Assembly (NCBI GenBank): GCA_002633005.1
Contig: NMRA01000170.1
Span: 216,301-280,300, forward strand
Direction of reading: 5' to 3'
DNA length: 64,000 nt
From: Phoronis australis
Lineage: Eukaryota > Animalia > Phoronida
The position numbers were made by a program, and so were the translations under genes. The number at the start of each line of letters is the position of its first letter. Within the stretch, counting starts at the first letter, position 1. The notes beneath the pieces are model-generated. The model was not told the origin of the DNA. It searched no databases and saw only the letters and a program-made list of their open reading frames with translations. Below are positions 1-13,366 of this stretch, one piece after another.

Positions 1-3000
1 TGTTCCATGTGGCGTGTCAGCCAGCGGTAAACAAATTGCTGCAGCAGATGAAAGAGAGTGTAGAATTGTCTTCCAAAATTGTGACAGTCAGTGAAGTCAT
101 AGAATGATGATAAGCTTGCCATGGGGAGAGAGAGGAGTGCTGCAACGCCATTCACGAGATGATTCACAGATTCCCACTCATGAACGTCTGGAATCTAAAA
201 ATTGGCCTGGAGTTGTGTCAACTGATGTGCTGATAAAACGGGTGGGATTTTATTTGATGTTTTGCTGATGACATCGATACAGAGATGAACATATTGACTT
301 TTGGCACCCTTGTGGCTTGAATGTACGTTGTGTTTGACTCTTCTGTTTTGAAGTCATGTCCTAAGTTCACCATGCATCTTCAGTTCATGATCTCCAGTTT
401 CATGTGACATTGAAAAAGATTGAGACAGTTATAATACACGTGCTATATTGTGATTTTCTCAAAACGTAGTCAACATGTTGTCTTTAACATTACTTCAACT
501 ACACACTGTGGTGATTTACACAGGAAATCAACAATATTATAGCATTTCTATTATGATATTAATCTTTTATCACACATACCTCAAAATTGGTCATACAAAA
601 ATATATGAAATATTGCTTTAGAGAAATCAACATTACAAATCCACTGAACATTACTTACGAAATACTTTTGGTATGTAGTATTAGACTAAATCATCACTGA
701 ATCATAGACAATATATTTCGGATTGATTGATAGTATTATGATAATCTATCACAGGAAATCAGCAACAATATGAAAGCAATTTCTACAATAATCATAGACA
801 TATATTTTCTTTTAAATTCTAATTGGTCAGAACAATTTTATGTAAGTATTGCCCACTGACACATAGTATTGCCATTTAAATCTAACTAAACAGCACAAAA
901 ATGCACTGGTTCTCTTAAAGATCCTGTTGAAATAACACAAATATAGAAAGAAACTTGAGGAAAAAAGGTTCAAAAAACGTCAAAATGCTATCACAACTAC
1001 CAACCATAAACTCTGTAAATCTGAATAAACTATAGTGACTTAATAACTTTCACCACTGGACGTAATGATTTCATTCATGAGGTTTCTGCTTCTTATGCCT
1101 GTAGAAGGAGGCATACTGTTTGCATGACATGCCACATTCACCACAAAAGGAGTGTCCTCGTGCTATGACGCAATGTGTCGCGTAAGCTCACTCTTTCCGT
1201 GATACATTGATCACAGGTAGGACACTGAATTGACTTGGTTCCTGAGCACGATGCTTCATGTTGTGTTTTCCTATAACGGTAAACGGGTCTTGACGCATGC
1301 AACGCGTCTCAATCCCAGGGCTGGTAAAGGTCTTGCTTGCTGTAGTGTCACTGTGTTTTATTGCCACGTGGTCATACTAAGTCGATTTCCTAGTTCCTGA
1401 ACGAAGCTCCACAACATACATACACTCCTTTGTGAATATTACTCTTTTTTTTGAAGGCGTGGACGTTAACAACCTGAAGGACTAGTCGTGTGGCTACAGT
1501 TCAACTGAAAAATCAAACGCATTCAGTTGTACGTTTGTTAGGCTAAATATATCTCACACAGAAATCGTGACAAAACGATGAAATATAATTAATAATTAAC
1601 CCATCAATCAACTCAGGTTCCGTATTATGCTAAAAATTATTGACATAATATCCCAACTTGAAGCACTATTCAGGCCAATGCAGAGAAAAAAAAAGTGCGT
1701 TCACGATCGCTTTTTTGAACTCACGATCGCCATAAAGAATTAACGACTTCGTTTCCGATTGCCGTCTCACACGAGGACCTGCTTGTAGTGGTAAATACCT
1801 CGAATTGTTTCGCAAATCATAACTAACAAAGGTGTCACCAGGGACGATTAAACTATAAACGTCACACGTCTCTACTTAAGAACCCTGGAATTGCTAATAA
1901 CAGTAGAAATTGTCGATTTTACGAGGCGCAAGGCATTTTACCGAAAGTCATTGCTTTCTTAGCTCTTTATTTTAAAAAACAAGCAAAAGCCAAGTATCAT
2001 TTCAGATCCACAACAAAGGCTACATTCTGACGCTTTTCTGTGTGGAGCATTCGTACCAAAGTAGCATTCATTTAAGAAGAAAATGACACTTAAACTCACC
2101 GGGTACGTCACTGTCGTCATCCATTTTTGGTGTAAGGTCTCGTTCTCGATCGCCTTCCGGGTGTCCTCGATCGCGGGTTGGCCGGGGTGAAGCGTGAACC
2201 TGTGACACGAGTTCGCGTTCGCATCTGACGTGTAGTCGAAGTTCTTTATTTCTGTTTTACCCTTTGTTGGCATATTGATAAATGCTCTACATTTCAATTC
2301 CAGCCATCAATTAAAGAAAAATTCGTTGAATTCATTGAAATCCGTTTTCAAATATTATGAAGAAAATGTCGTCGTCTCCAAACTCAGTCATAATTGCAAT
2401 AGACTTTTCGTTGGACATATTTCGATTTTTTAATCAACACTGTCACGAAAGGAAATCACTCATTTCGTATTCAGTCTCTGAAATAGTCTCAACAATAAAG
2501 TTAAAATCGTTACGCTTTTGGTCTTATTATAATTACATGCATTATTACATTCAGGAAAATTGGGATAAAGCATAGAAATGTATTTGCACTGGTATTAAGA
2601 TAGGAGCAAGTTGAAATTATTGTGTCATTTGTACAAATATTACAAGCCTCGTCAGTTCTGTAGTTGGGCTTAGATATATGTTGTCCGCTACCGATACGTT
2701 ATACACAGGCTGTAAAATATGTTTCGTTTCTTCTAGGATATTCTGAATTAAAGGTTTCGTTGATAGAGCGGAACTTTCTGCTAACCGTGCGCTTTAAGAA
2801 TTTTATAAACGTTTCTTGAAACAAAATTTTCATCACTTGCATTTCAACGTATTAAGGACTTATCATAGGTATCTTGCAAAACAATTTGTGAGTGAAATGA
2901 GACGTTACTTTGTCATCTAGTTTCATATCTAGTAGCCAGTCGTCCAAGAAACTGACAACACTGACAGCAGGCTCACACTTGGCAATTTACTTCTGTTAAC

Positions 3001-5038
3001 TCACTTCATGTAATAATGATTTTATTCACAAAAAGCTTACACTTACGTCTACAGCAGCACATCGTATCACGTTCTTCGGTTGGTCCGCCATGCTGAGCTG
3101 TCAAATCATATTAAAACTTTTAACCAAGCAGAGAAACTTATATGATTCACTCACGCTATTCCTATACGCGCTTTTCTGATTACGCAGGTGTTTCCATGTG
3201 CACGTGCAAAAATTGTTTTTTGCTGCGTTATTGTCATTATTTATTACACGCCCTGTGTCCGCTTCACGAAAATTGTTAGCAGTTTTAACGGAGTATTTCG
3301 CTCCTGTCTGCTCACGGCTGTAAACATGAATGTTATAAAATAGGTCGATAAAACGGGCAGTAAGAAGCAAATTAAACGTAAGTGGAAGTTGAATTTTACC
3401 AGCCACAATCATTTAAATTCAGTGACAAATTGTCTGATATGACCTCTACACCGCGTAAGATAGGTATGAGACCAACGCTATTCAATGGAGCTGCATCGGC
3501 CTTTATCAAACCAAGGAGTTAGGTCAAAGATCTTTGGTTTGGTGTATGTTTTCCCCGGACACTTTAAAAAATGCAAATTCTTGCTAAAAACAGGAAAAAT
3601 ATCACCGAAAGCACATTTTCCATGAACAACACCACTTATAAGAATAAAACGAAAGGTGCAATTTTTCATTACATTTTTGTTTTTTAACAAAAAACCAACC
3701 TTTCAAGCAATTTTCATTGTATTATAATTGTACACTGTTGAACTATCTTAATCTGATTGTGATTTAGGATTAAACATTAAAACTCCAAAACTGTGGTACA
3801 TGTTGATCAATATTCAATGTTTGGCCTGCTGCATGTGTCTCAATGAACGTGGAATAGCACAAGCTGTTTTCTCCATCACTTAATATATTTTCACGAGGCT
3901 CACTCAAATTGTTCCAAAGGCATTACTGTTCATTGTAAATGGCGTTTTATTTCAGTGTGAAGAAGGACCGTAGGAGTCACGGGGAGGTATAATTGCTGAC
4001 TGACGGGCGAGTATGCTGGAGTTAGACGAAGTTTGTGGTGCTGAATATTGACACCCTTCTATATGGCTCTGGGTCATGACCTGATTCAGATATGGACGGG
4101 TATCTCAAATAAAAGTCGACTGATTGGTATTTCCAGAATTAAGATCCGCTTTCATCTTGTTTATTTGTCTAATATTTGTCTCACAATTCCTACTTTATCA
4201 TACTTTTTGTTAACGAAATATCACCACCCTTCCTTACTGCAAACAATGAAACCGCTTGAAAATCTTAAATTAATCATTCGTTTAGTTTTTACATCAAAAG
4301 TTTCATGTATTTGTAATTTAAAGTACTTTTATGTTTTAATACCACTAGATAAAGCTAAAAACTATAAAACGCTTATTTTTTCTATTAATGTGTCCTATTG
4401 TGCTCGTTTAATTTGCTTAATGAATGCTTAAATATTTCTAGTGCATGTGAGCCCCCTCGTTTAGCAAAGTGGGCAAAAAGGTCTGCCTCAGAGATTAAAA
4501 AAGTCCGGAAAAAGTAGAAAACGAGACAAAAAGGCACACTAAAAAGGAAGAACTTCGCACAACTCATACCTCTAAACGTATCCCGTTTTTTTTAGTAAAA
4601 GATCCACATTCTCAAAAATTTGACCCCCCCCCTTTTAGGCTGGGTGCACGCACGTAGTGTTTCTGTTCAGATATTTGGGACAATATTTTTGTCAATGATA
4701 CATTCATTCTATACGAACTCCGAATTTCAACATATTGCGCAAATTTAAACACAGAATTTGTTTTAAATGTACCTATAAAGGAAGTGGAAAACGACAAAAT
4801 AAAGTTGCCAGGTGAAAGTACTGGCCAAAAGTTTTTTTTTTAACTCCTGCCGTTTCGTTGTTCCTCGGCCCAATTTTCTGTCTATTACAACCGAGCTCTA
4901 CTGCCCATTGAAGGGAACCTCGCCTGTGGCCATCCACCGGTACAGCGCGAACAAGAGCTGCTCACCCCTCAGCTATATTGAACGCGTCCATCAAAGAACC
5001 CGGATTTTAGATAATTGAGTTCACATCGGTGTAGCGTC

Positions 5039-8000
5039 ATGGCGTCTCCGCTGTTATTAATTTTGGGTACTATATGCCTTTTATTACTAGTTTCTTCCGG
5101 TAAGTACTCATTCTTTTGAACGCATATTATATGTCATAATAGTCCCAATGTTGAAAATGGAGGAATCGTGTTTGCCTCTCATAGTACTTGCTGCTTTAGT
5201 GTCCACCTGAGTGCTGTGAACTGGTCGGATGTTCGATTTACTGTACCGCACCGACTTGCGATTGAGCAATCGTCTGCCGATCACATTTTGTCATATACAT
5301 TTTGTGGTTAATGTTGATAGACTACGCTATTTTCTCCATTAATCACCACATACGGTAAGGAGCTCATCGCTTTCCTTGTTGAGTTAGAAATTTACTGTGT
5401 TAGTTTGGAACGACCTTTCCACGTGATCTCCCCTCTGTCCATAATCGATTCCAGTAATTGAGTAGTACACCAACAAATCTTAGCCGAAACGGATTAATCG
5501 ACAGAGCTCATCACGAACTGACTAACAGTGCCCAAGTATCATTGATGCTGGAGTTTTTCTCAGTGATATGTAAGCTAATGTCGGGTCGGAACAATGTCAT
5601 ATTCCTATCCCTAGTTATAATTATAAGATTCATGTTATCGCAATTGTATTGCACAAACTCGTGAGCTTAATGGTGGACAATCCTCTCCTGTTTGATCTAT
5701 GGTTTAACCTACAAAGGGTCAGGACGGTCTCACCTTCGCTTCGAATAAAGAACATGAAGGCGTCGCATTGATGCTGACTGTTCGTCCAAAACCGACAACG
5801 TACCCTGAAAGAAATACTTATTATGGAATTACTCCTTATCGAAGAGGACATGTGACAGCTTTGAAACACTCAATGAGGCATAATAGCAAACCTGTGCTTT
5901 TGCCACACATTTTAATGTGTTTATTCTTCATCTAAGGGACAAGGTACCAACAGTTTCCGTATTAACCTTGAACATCTTCGGTAGCTATCACTAGAATTTT
6001 TTAAGTTGTTCTATTCTGTTATTCTTTTATTTGCAGCATTTTGTGTATTTGCTGTGCGTTTGTAAGGTCACTCATATTTACGTAATTTCCCCAGGGGCCT
6101 ACGAAGAAGCCCATTGTTTTGACTATGTAAAATTGTAATGAAGGGTACTGAATTTTGTGCAAAAATGTACTAGGTTTAGTGTCACACAGTGTTGCTGTTG
6201 ACCTTGCGGCAGTAAACCTAGTAGTGTGTCAGAGGGGTGTTAATCACGTAGCACGATCATATTCACAAACTTTCTGTTCTATTTTGTGCAATAGATGGAG
6301 CCATTTGGTTACTCAACCTTCCTTTCTTTTGCATTTGTCTGGATACACTTGGACTTGTAGAGTATTACCTTGCTGCCCTATTCGTTTGAGTAATATTGTA
6401 TCCACGCGTGCCGCTCGAAAACAAAGCACTTTAGGCTGTGCTGTGGTCAACCCCAGGGCAGTCTTCAGCCTGGTCTGCGTGATTTAGTGGGCATAACCTT
6501 ACTACGAAACTTCCCGTCACTCCAGTCGAGCAGAACCCAGTGTTGCCATAGTCTGAGGTCGAGGACGGAACGTATTAATGACACCATGGGCTTCCTTGTG
6601 GAAGTCCTTGCTACGAAGGACAGCACTGGGTGATAAATTTTTGGTTTCCAATACTGAATTATTGAGTACGTGATGGCTCAAGCAGACCTACTTTTACAGC
6701 AAGGTGAAACCATACAGTAGGTCTAGTTTCAAAGTCAGATCCACGGGAACAAAATTTGAACTACCAGTCGTTGTACATTTTTAGACGCCCTGTATTATCG
6801 GTGCTGCTAGAACAGAATTCATAGACATGCCTTAGTCCAATGCGTGTACTTGATATTCCACTTATATCGAACACTTCTAGTAAAGTTTTTTCTTGTTTTG
6901 TATTTTCTTGTACTGATGTAAAATAAACATTTTTTACTTACTTAATTACTAACATCGCGTAATCCGCGTAGGCGTGAACTTAAAATTAATTATTCATTAA
7001 AGTATCCAGGTGAAAGTTTTTGCTAATCGTAAAGAATTTTTGTATGGTCACCCATTATCTCTTTTACCGGAAGCTGTGTCACAGAATCGGAGGAATATGT
7101 GAATGATTGGTCAATTAATGTTGGGTGAATAAGATCGCCAATTGTTGAAAAAGAAAAATAAAGCTAGGTTATAATTACATTGTTTTATGAACACGTGATT
7201 TGCTTTAGTACTGTACATTTTTTTTCAACGTGAACGTTATTATTTGAGTGAAATGCCAAGTTTCCTAGGCTATTCCGAGTTCACGCATACGCGATGTTGA
7301 GATTAAGCAGAATTCCAAATTCAAGCACAGTACTATCACGAATTTAAAGATAAGAGCAGCTGCAGATGTCAACCTTGGAACACGTTTCCTGACCTTTGCC
7401 CTTCTCTCCTTGGCTTCCCAGAGGAAGGAGGAAGAGTTCTCATTGCGATAGTGAAATGACAACTCTTCCGATTGTAGACCCTGTTCTCATCTGTGCAAAT
7501 CGAGCAATTTAGAAGCAAAGCAGAATAGTGTGGTGTTCGGCATGGCCTAAAATAGAAACATTAAGAAGACCACGGATTTAATTTGCGAATCCTAACGAAT
7601 GCCTTGGTCATATACGTCGCTGCTCGACCGATCCCGCCAACTGAGTTCTGCTCGATTTTTCATCGGTTCACATAAAGCATCATATCAAGCCTCCGACGCC
7701 GATTCGATGAGGATGCGGCAGAAAAAAATGGACCTATGTACCTAGCGCCAGCGGGACATCTGCGTCAAAACGGTGTTGCTTGTCCCATAGAAAATCGCCC
7801 GGTCATTGGCATCTATCGAATTCAATGGGCGGGAAGGACCGAGGATAGCCCGATACGTATGTGAAATTTTGTGGCGACTTCTGGAGAACAGGCGAAGGAT
7901 TCGTCTCATTGAAAACAAATTTTATAGCTGAAGTTTTGTCCGATCACATTATATATTTACGGTCATGCTGTTCATTGTTATAAATGAACTTCAATGTGGA

Positions 8001-10095
8001 CCACAAAGTGATCACGAACTGTTGAATTACTGCATAACTGCATCGCAAAGCGTAAATTTTATTTTCATGACCGATTTGACGACGTTGGTATATAATGTAA
8101 AATATACGCCCATTAGAATTCCTGTCTCCTTTGAAGACATCATGTTACCACAGTCTGCCTTCAGCCTCCTTGAAATGTATGTATGTTTAATTAACTGTGT
8201 TATGCACAGTGTTATGCACGAACACGTCATATAGAAATTGAACAGTGTCGCTGCGAGTAACCATGGAGCAAATGGTCTTGAAGTGTCACAAAACGTAGTA
8301 ATACAGTATGATGAAACTAATTACATTGTTGACAGGTGGCGCTATCCGATGTCATGTTTGTAACACCCTCTACCACGGGGACGACTGCAACGACGAACTA
8401 AAGGTGGACAAATTCATAACTAACTGCACGATAGACAGGACAACGAACAAACCCTTCACGCAGTGTAGGAAAATAAAACAAACTGGTAAGTACAGGATTG
8501 GCTGCTGTTGGATGCACATTAACTCGTAAAACATGTCCTGTTGGGAAACTATGTACAAAGAATGGAAAGTGGCGTATTTTGCAAGTTCTAAATATCATTT
8601 TTTTTCTGTTGTGATAATTTTGCTATAAAAATATATTTTATAAATTCATTTCTGTGTGTGTGGACATAAAGCTTCCTCTGAAAGAGTTATCTTTCATATT
8701 TTGCTTTTTTACAAGTCCTTTATCGGCGAGAATGAAACTTACAACCTCGGGGGGTCGAAGTCCAGCGATTTTGTGGCGGCACACTCGATAAATGGCAGAA
8801 TATTTTAAGCGTATTTAACTGGTAAAGACACCAATCTTAATTTTAATGGGTGGTTGGTAGACAGCGATGAGAATTGGCGATATGTAATAAACCACATAAA
8901 ACAGTAAACTGATGTTTATAGCTCGGGTGTTAGGAATTGAACAATAATCCCAGATATGTTGTAAAACTGATTATTATCATCCAGATCGCTTGCATAGCTT
9001 CCATAACATCCGAATCTTATCTTAACATGTTTTTAAGTCAGTTACTTACACTTCTTGTTATTAATGGTTATTATTATTTTTTGTTATTGTTGTTATTAAT
9101 ATCATTTTTCAATGCCATGACAGCGTAATTGTCGCCACTGTGCTCAAACTTCATGACAAAAAGCTGTCCACAGTTCGGACAAAACTGGTATTGCACAGGG
9201 TAGTCACTCTTCTTTAGTAACGATTTTGTTCTCATGAATACAATTATTTTTTTCTGGAGCTGTGTTCTAGGCACAAATATTTTCCGTTTCTTTTCAAACT
9301 TTGAGACCAGGCACAAGTAGGAATGTGCTTTGCTCAGTGCATCGTGGGGAAAGAAATATTCAAGAGACAAAGCTGAAGTCTATCAGAAAGGTAGTTCAGC
9401 TAATGAGAAAGAAATTGTGTTCATGAGAATATAACTGTAATAGTGAGTACGTCCTTGCACTTCGTGACAACGCTGCCTAATCCCTTTGTGGTGCAAATGT
9501 TCAGCTTCTGAAAACCCTCGGTCTTCGGTGATTTCGGAGAATATTTTTACGTTTAAAGGTGCATTAAACCCGCGCTTTCTGTCAAGATTTCATTTAGGCA
9601 ATGCACCATTATAAAGTTGGCACACCCTAACTAGGTTTAGAAGGGATATCTGGGCTCGGAAAGAACTGATCGTTGTTATTTTGGTGTGAGGTGAACTCTT
9701 ATGAGCTTGGTCTGAAGAAATAAGTAACTACCGGTTCTCCCTTCTCGTCTCGAACCTGAGTAAGGAACAAGTTTGCACCAGATTTATAGCCGTAATGGTC
9801 TGATCCAAAAAAATTGGTTAGTTTTTTTGACGGGAGGTGGATTTATAGCCGCTTAGTTAATGTCCAATTCTGTATCTCTCTTGTTTCAGTGTATGACCAA
9901 CCACGGTTGATTCGGCAGTGCGCTGGCGCGGCGGAAACGGTTGAGGAGGACTGCGTTGAGCGATCGGGGGGTTACGAGGTCAGGATGACGTACTGCCACT
10001 GTAATGGCGACCTGTGTAACGCATCTCCTAAAAACTTCGCTAGTCTCTATGCTATCGCCTTGGCGTTAGTCTCTCACTTGTTTAAGTTGTATTAA
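5039..10095 (+). CDS. Quiver/Sleepless-like Ly6/uPAR (three-finger) GPI-anchored protein, 3 coding exons, 138 aa
   Basis: Exons 5039-5099, 8336-8485, 9890-10095 with GT-AG introns, all phase 1, 417 nt total. Signal peptide MASPLLLILGTICLLLLVSSG, then IRCHVCN...CRKIKQ...RQC...YCHCNGDLCN (10 Cys, terminal CN motif) and a hydrophobic GPI-signal-like tail. Confidence 0.88.
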
Positions 10096-11181
10096 CGGTC
10101 TAGTTTAAAGTCCGTTCTAGATACAGTCAGAAGGAATTGGCTTATCCGGTCTTGCATATCGATTCAATTAGGCGAAGGCCCCTCTTACATGGTAGACTAG
10201 TGGGTATTGTTACTTCACTTTATAGCCGGTTAGATTGCATTTCTGTCCAATTCCTATCAGTAGCTATTGGGAGTCAACGTTTGAATAGCTTAATTTCACT
10301 TTCCTGTAAGGCACGTAAAGCATTTGGTTCATTTTTGTAATGCTGTATAGCTTCGTTTAGGAGCGTCTTTCTGAGATTAAGCGACACCTGTTGTATTCTG
10401 TTATAACCTGTGTAAGATAGTAATTGTTCACACACTACTTACGTGATTTATTTCCAGGACAGAGGAGTTTTATTAAGAGTGTGGTGTATGTTTGAAGTGG
10501 TAGTTTGCGGAAAATTGTCGTTTCACTGTTGAATCATTTTTTAGACTTGATATGTTTTTGACTGTAAATATATCAGTGATTAACCTGGAAAAGCTATGTT
10601 GTTTTGTAACACCACAATTAACTTGAAATTCACACCCTGCATGCGCAAGTACTTATAACAGTTTCAAGCTCAATTAAAACCGCATTCCACCCCGTTAAGC
10701 TGGCTAAGGACGAAAAGTGAATTATCCATTTTACTCTTAAAACTCAGTATCCTGTTACTGACACTGACAGAAATCTATGTCCGTTACCAACAAAAGTAAC
10801 AATCAACGAGTATATGCGCCATTTTCGAATTCATAATTTTAGGCTTGGTTAGCCTCAATAAACTCTAAAGCGCATTCTTGAGTAGCTGACGGTTTCAATG
10901 TTCTCGCTGGTAGAGGGTTTGGAATATCGCGATATTACGAGACTGGGTTTGTGAGAGTAAAATGCCAAATTCGATTTTCGTTTTTTGCCATCTGAACGGC
11001 GAAATGCAGCATTAATGTTAAAACAAGTTAGGAACGTTTTATAGTACGCCTGTGAGTGACATTCAGGCACAACATGAATGTGGAAAAACAATTGTTAGTA
11101 AGCCTTATCAAAACAAAGCAAGATTGCCAGTTAAAATATGTCTCCAACTATAAGTTGAGCCCAGGATTTTCACAAACAAGC

Positions 11182-11332
11182 CATAGGTGGCGCACCATGG
11201 AGGCAAGGGGAGAGGGAGGGAGCTATAGCCCTCCGCTTTTTTCAGTGCTGTGCCGCCCATGGTTTATGGCCAGTGCACCACAAGGGTCTGGGATGCTATA
11301 GCCCCCTCTCTTTCAGTGCTGGCCCGCCCATG
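11182..11332. repeat. Small GC-rich MITE-like insertion with an internal direct repeat
   Basis: Ends CATAGGTGG...CCGCCCATG. CTATAGCCC...TTTCAGTGCTG..CCGCCCATG occurs twice (about 11223-11261 and 11296-11332). No TSD found. Confidence 0.45.
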
Positions 11333-13366
11333 CGAGCTCGTGTGTAAGTGAAACTAAAGCAATGAGCTGCTATTAATTACAAAACTTAAACTCTTTTTTG
11401 ACGTGTTATTTAGTATCTGAAAAGAAAAACGTGTACAGATTGGTTTTCTGTCTCGTATAATTTATTCTGTATGCAAAACACTGGTAGTCATTAGTTGACC
11501 AGCTCTGCGAATCCGTTTATTTCCCAGTCAGTGGGCCCTGAGCTGTAGGACATTTCGCAAAAAATTCCGCGTTTTAGGTCGCTCATTTTCTGTACAAATA
11601 ACGCCTTTCTAGAGTAAACCGTCACATTCGTCAAGAAGTAGAGGGCGCATGAATTAAGTCAATCACAGAATGAGATTCCATTTCTTGTACCCACGGTGAT
11701 TGTAGTTTATAATCTCACCCGGATACCACTGTGACTGGACAACCTTTAAGTACGTAACTGTTAAAACGTTTTAGCACAAGTCATAAAAAGTCTTAAATCT
11801 GAACCTGAAAAGTTGAACAATGAAAATGTCTTTAGATGCAAAGAAGACAAGCTTCGGAACATTGGGTCTCGAAAAATAATGCAATTAATCAGGGAAGTTC
11901 AAACTAGAAACAAACTTTTACGAAAATTTGTACAATAAGCTTCAGTTATTTTGAAAAAATGTTGAAAGGGCATCATTAGATTTGAATACGTTTTAATTAA
12001 GCTGGTTTGCTATAAAATTCGTTTTGTACCGATTTTTCCGAAAGTGAAGTATGCCGAACGATTGTCGTTCACTTGTTTACAATGAGTTACCCTCTGACAC
12101 AGCGCCACCTATACTGCAAAGTAACTTTCGTTTAGCACTGTGATAGAGTGTAACATTGAGTTTGACTCCACATTTAACTTTGCAGTTACTAAGCGCGTAG
12201 ATATGGCGTGTATGAAGACTAATAATTTTTGCTTATATAACATTTCTTGTTTTCCGCAAAAATCACAACCATCTTAGCCCCCACGATTGGTAATTTATAT
12301 CACAATGTGCGTAATAATTTTAGGTTGCTTGATGACCATTACAGCGAGTACAAGAGGTATGGCTAAGGCCAGGAATAGTAACGGAACTGTCATCAGTCTA
12401 AATTTATCGTACCACAAGCAAGAGTTGTGTATGCATACGCTATATTCACACATATTTAAAAACAATTCGTTACCAAGAATACTTTTAAGAGAAATATCGA
12501 TGAAAACATATTTTCCCCGTGAACAATAGCACAGCACCACTCGTATGAATAAATGACAGGTGCCAATACTTCTATAATTTAACAAAAATTACCTTTGACT
12601 TTTCAAGCAAATTCCCTTACATCGACGCACTACTCTTCGGTAAACAGTTGAAACGTTGGAACATCGCAACAGAGCAAAAGTGGGCAATTCAGAGGTACAA
12701 ATATTCACTTGTTTGTTACATGTCTCAATGACCTTGGGATTACACAACTTTGCGTTTCGAGAGCCGGGAGAAGACACGAGTAGCTCAACACCGCCGACTC
12801 AGAGGCCTACTCGTATCGCCGCGTGTTGCAAGAGACACTTGTGCAATCGCCATCGACTACGGCGAGAAGAATGATAGGAGATTGCTCCCGCTCTTATCAT
12901 CGGTTTCTTGGTCTCTGTGGCGCGTTGTTTTGTAGAAAAGACATTTAAAATATTCGGCAAAATGTGCTGGAAGTCGTGAGATCTTCCTACCAAAGAGCCG
13001 TGAAAATTGCCCTGAGTTGCGCACAGAAGTGCCGCAAAATGAAAACTCTTAAGATGGCTGACACTATACCGTAAGAGGCTCCCAAGCCAACCATTTAAAG
13101 AAGTAAGAACTCTAGCGCCATCTTACGACCTACATGTAAAAGCACTTCTTTTCTCAAGAACTCCTCTAGTTGCTCTCGCAATGAAATGGCGGCCGTAAGA
13201 ACTTTGCAAGAAGAACGACAGACTAGCTGCCTCCTGTGTGCTTTTGCTGGAATTCGGAAAGACCTCGGGAATTGTCACTGTAGCTTTAGGGCATACTAGC
13301 CACGGATTTTGCGAAATAAGTCTCGTTTTAATAATGTAATCAAACTAATAGCAATCATGACCGGAA

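Noticed and set aside
1-2400. Possible transposase or gene fragments at the window start, including ORF 1959-2297
   Set aside because: No recognisable motif or consistent splice structure. Probably decayed repeat DNA that I cannot classify.
12287-12993. Cluster of overlapping short ORFs and a GC-richer patch between the Ly6 and EcKL genes
   Set aside because: No domain similarity or exon chain recognised. Likely TE-internal sequence.
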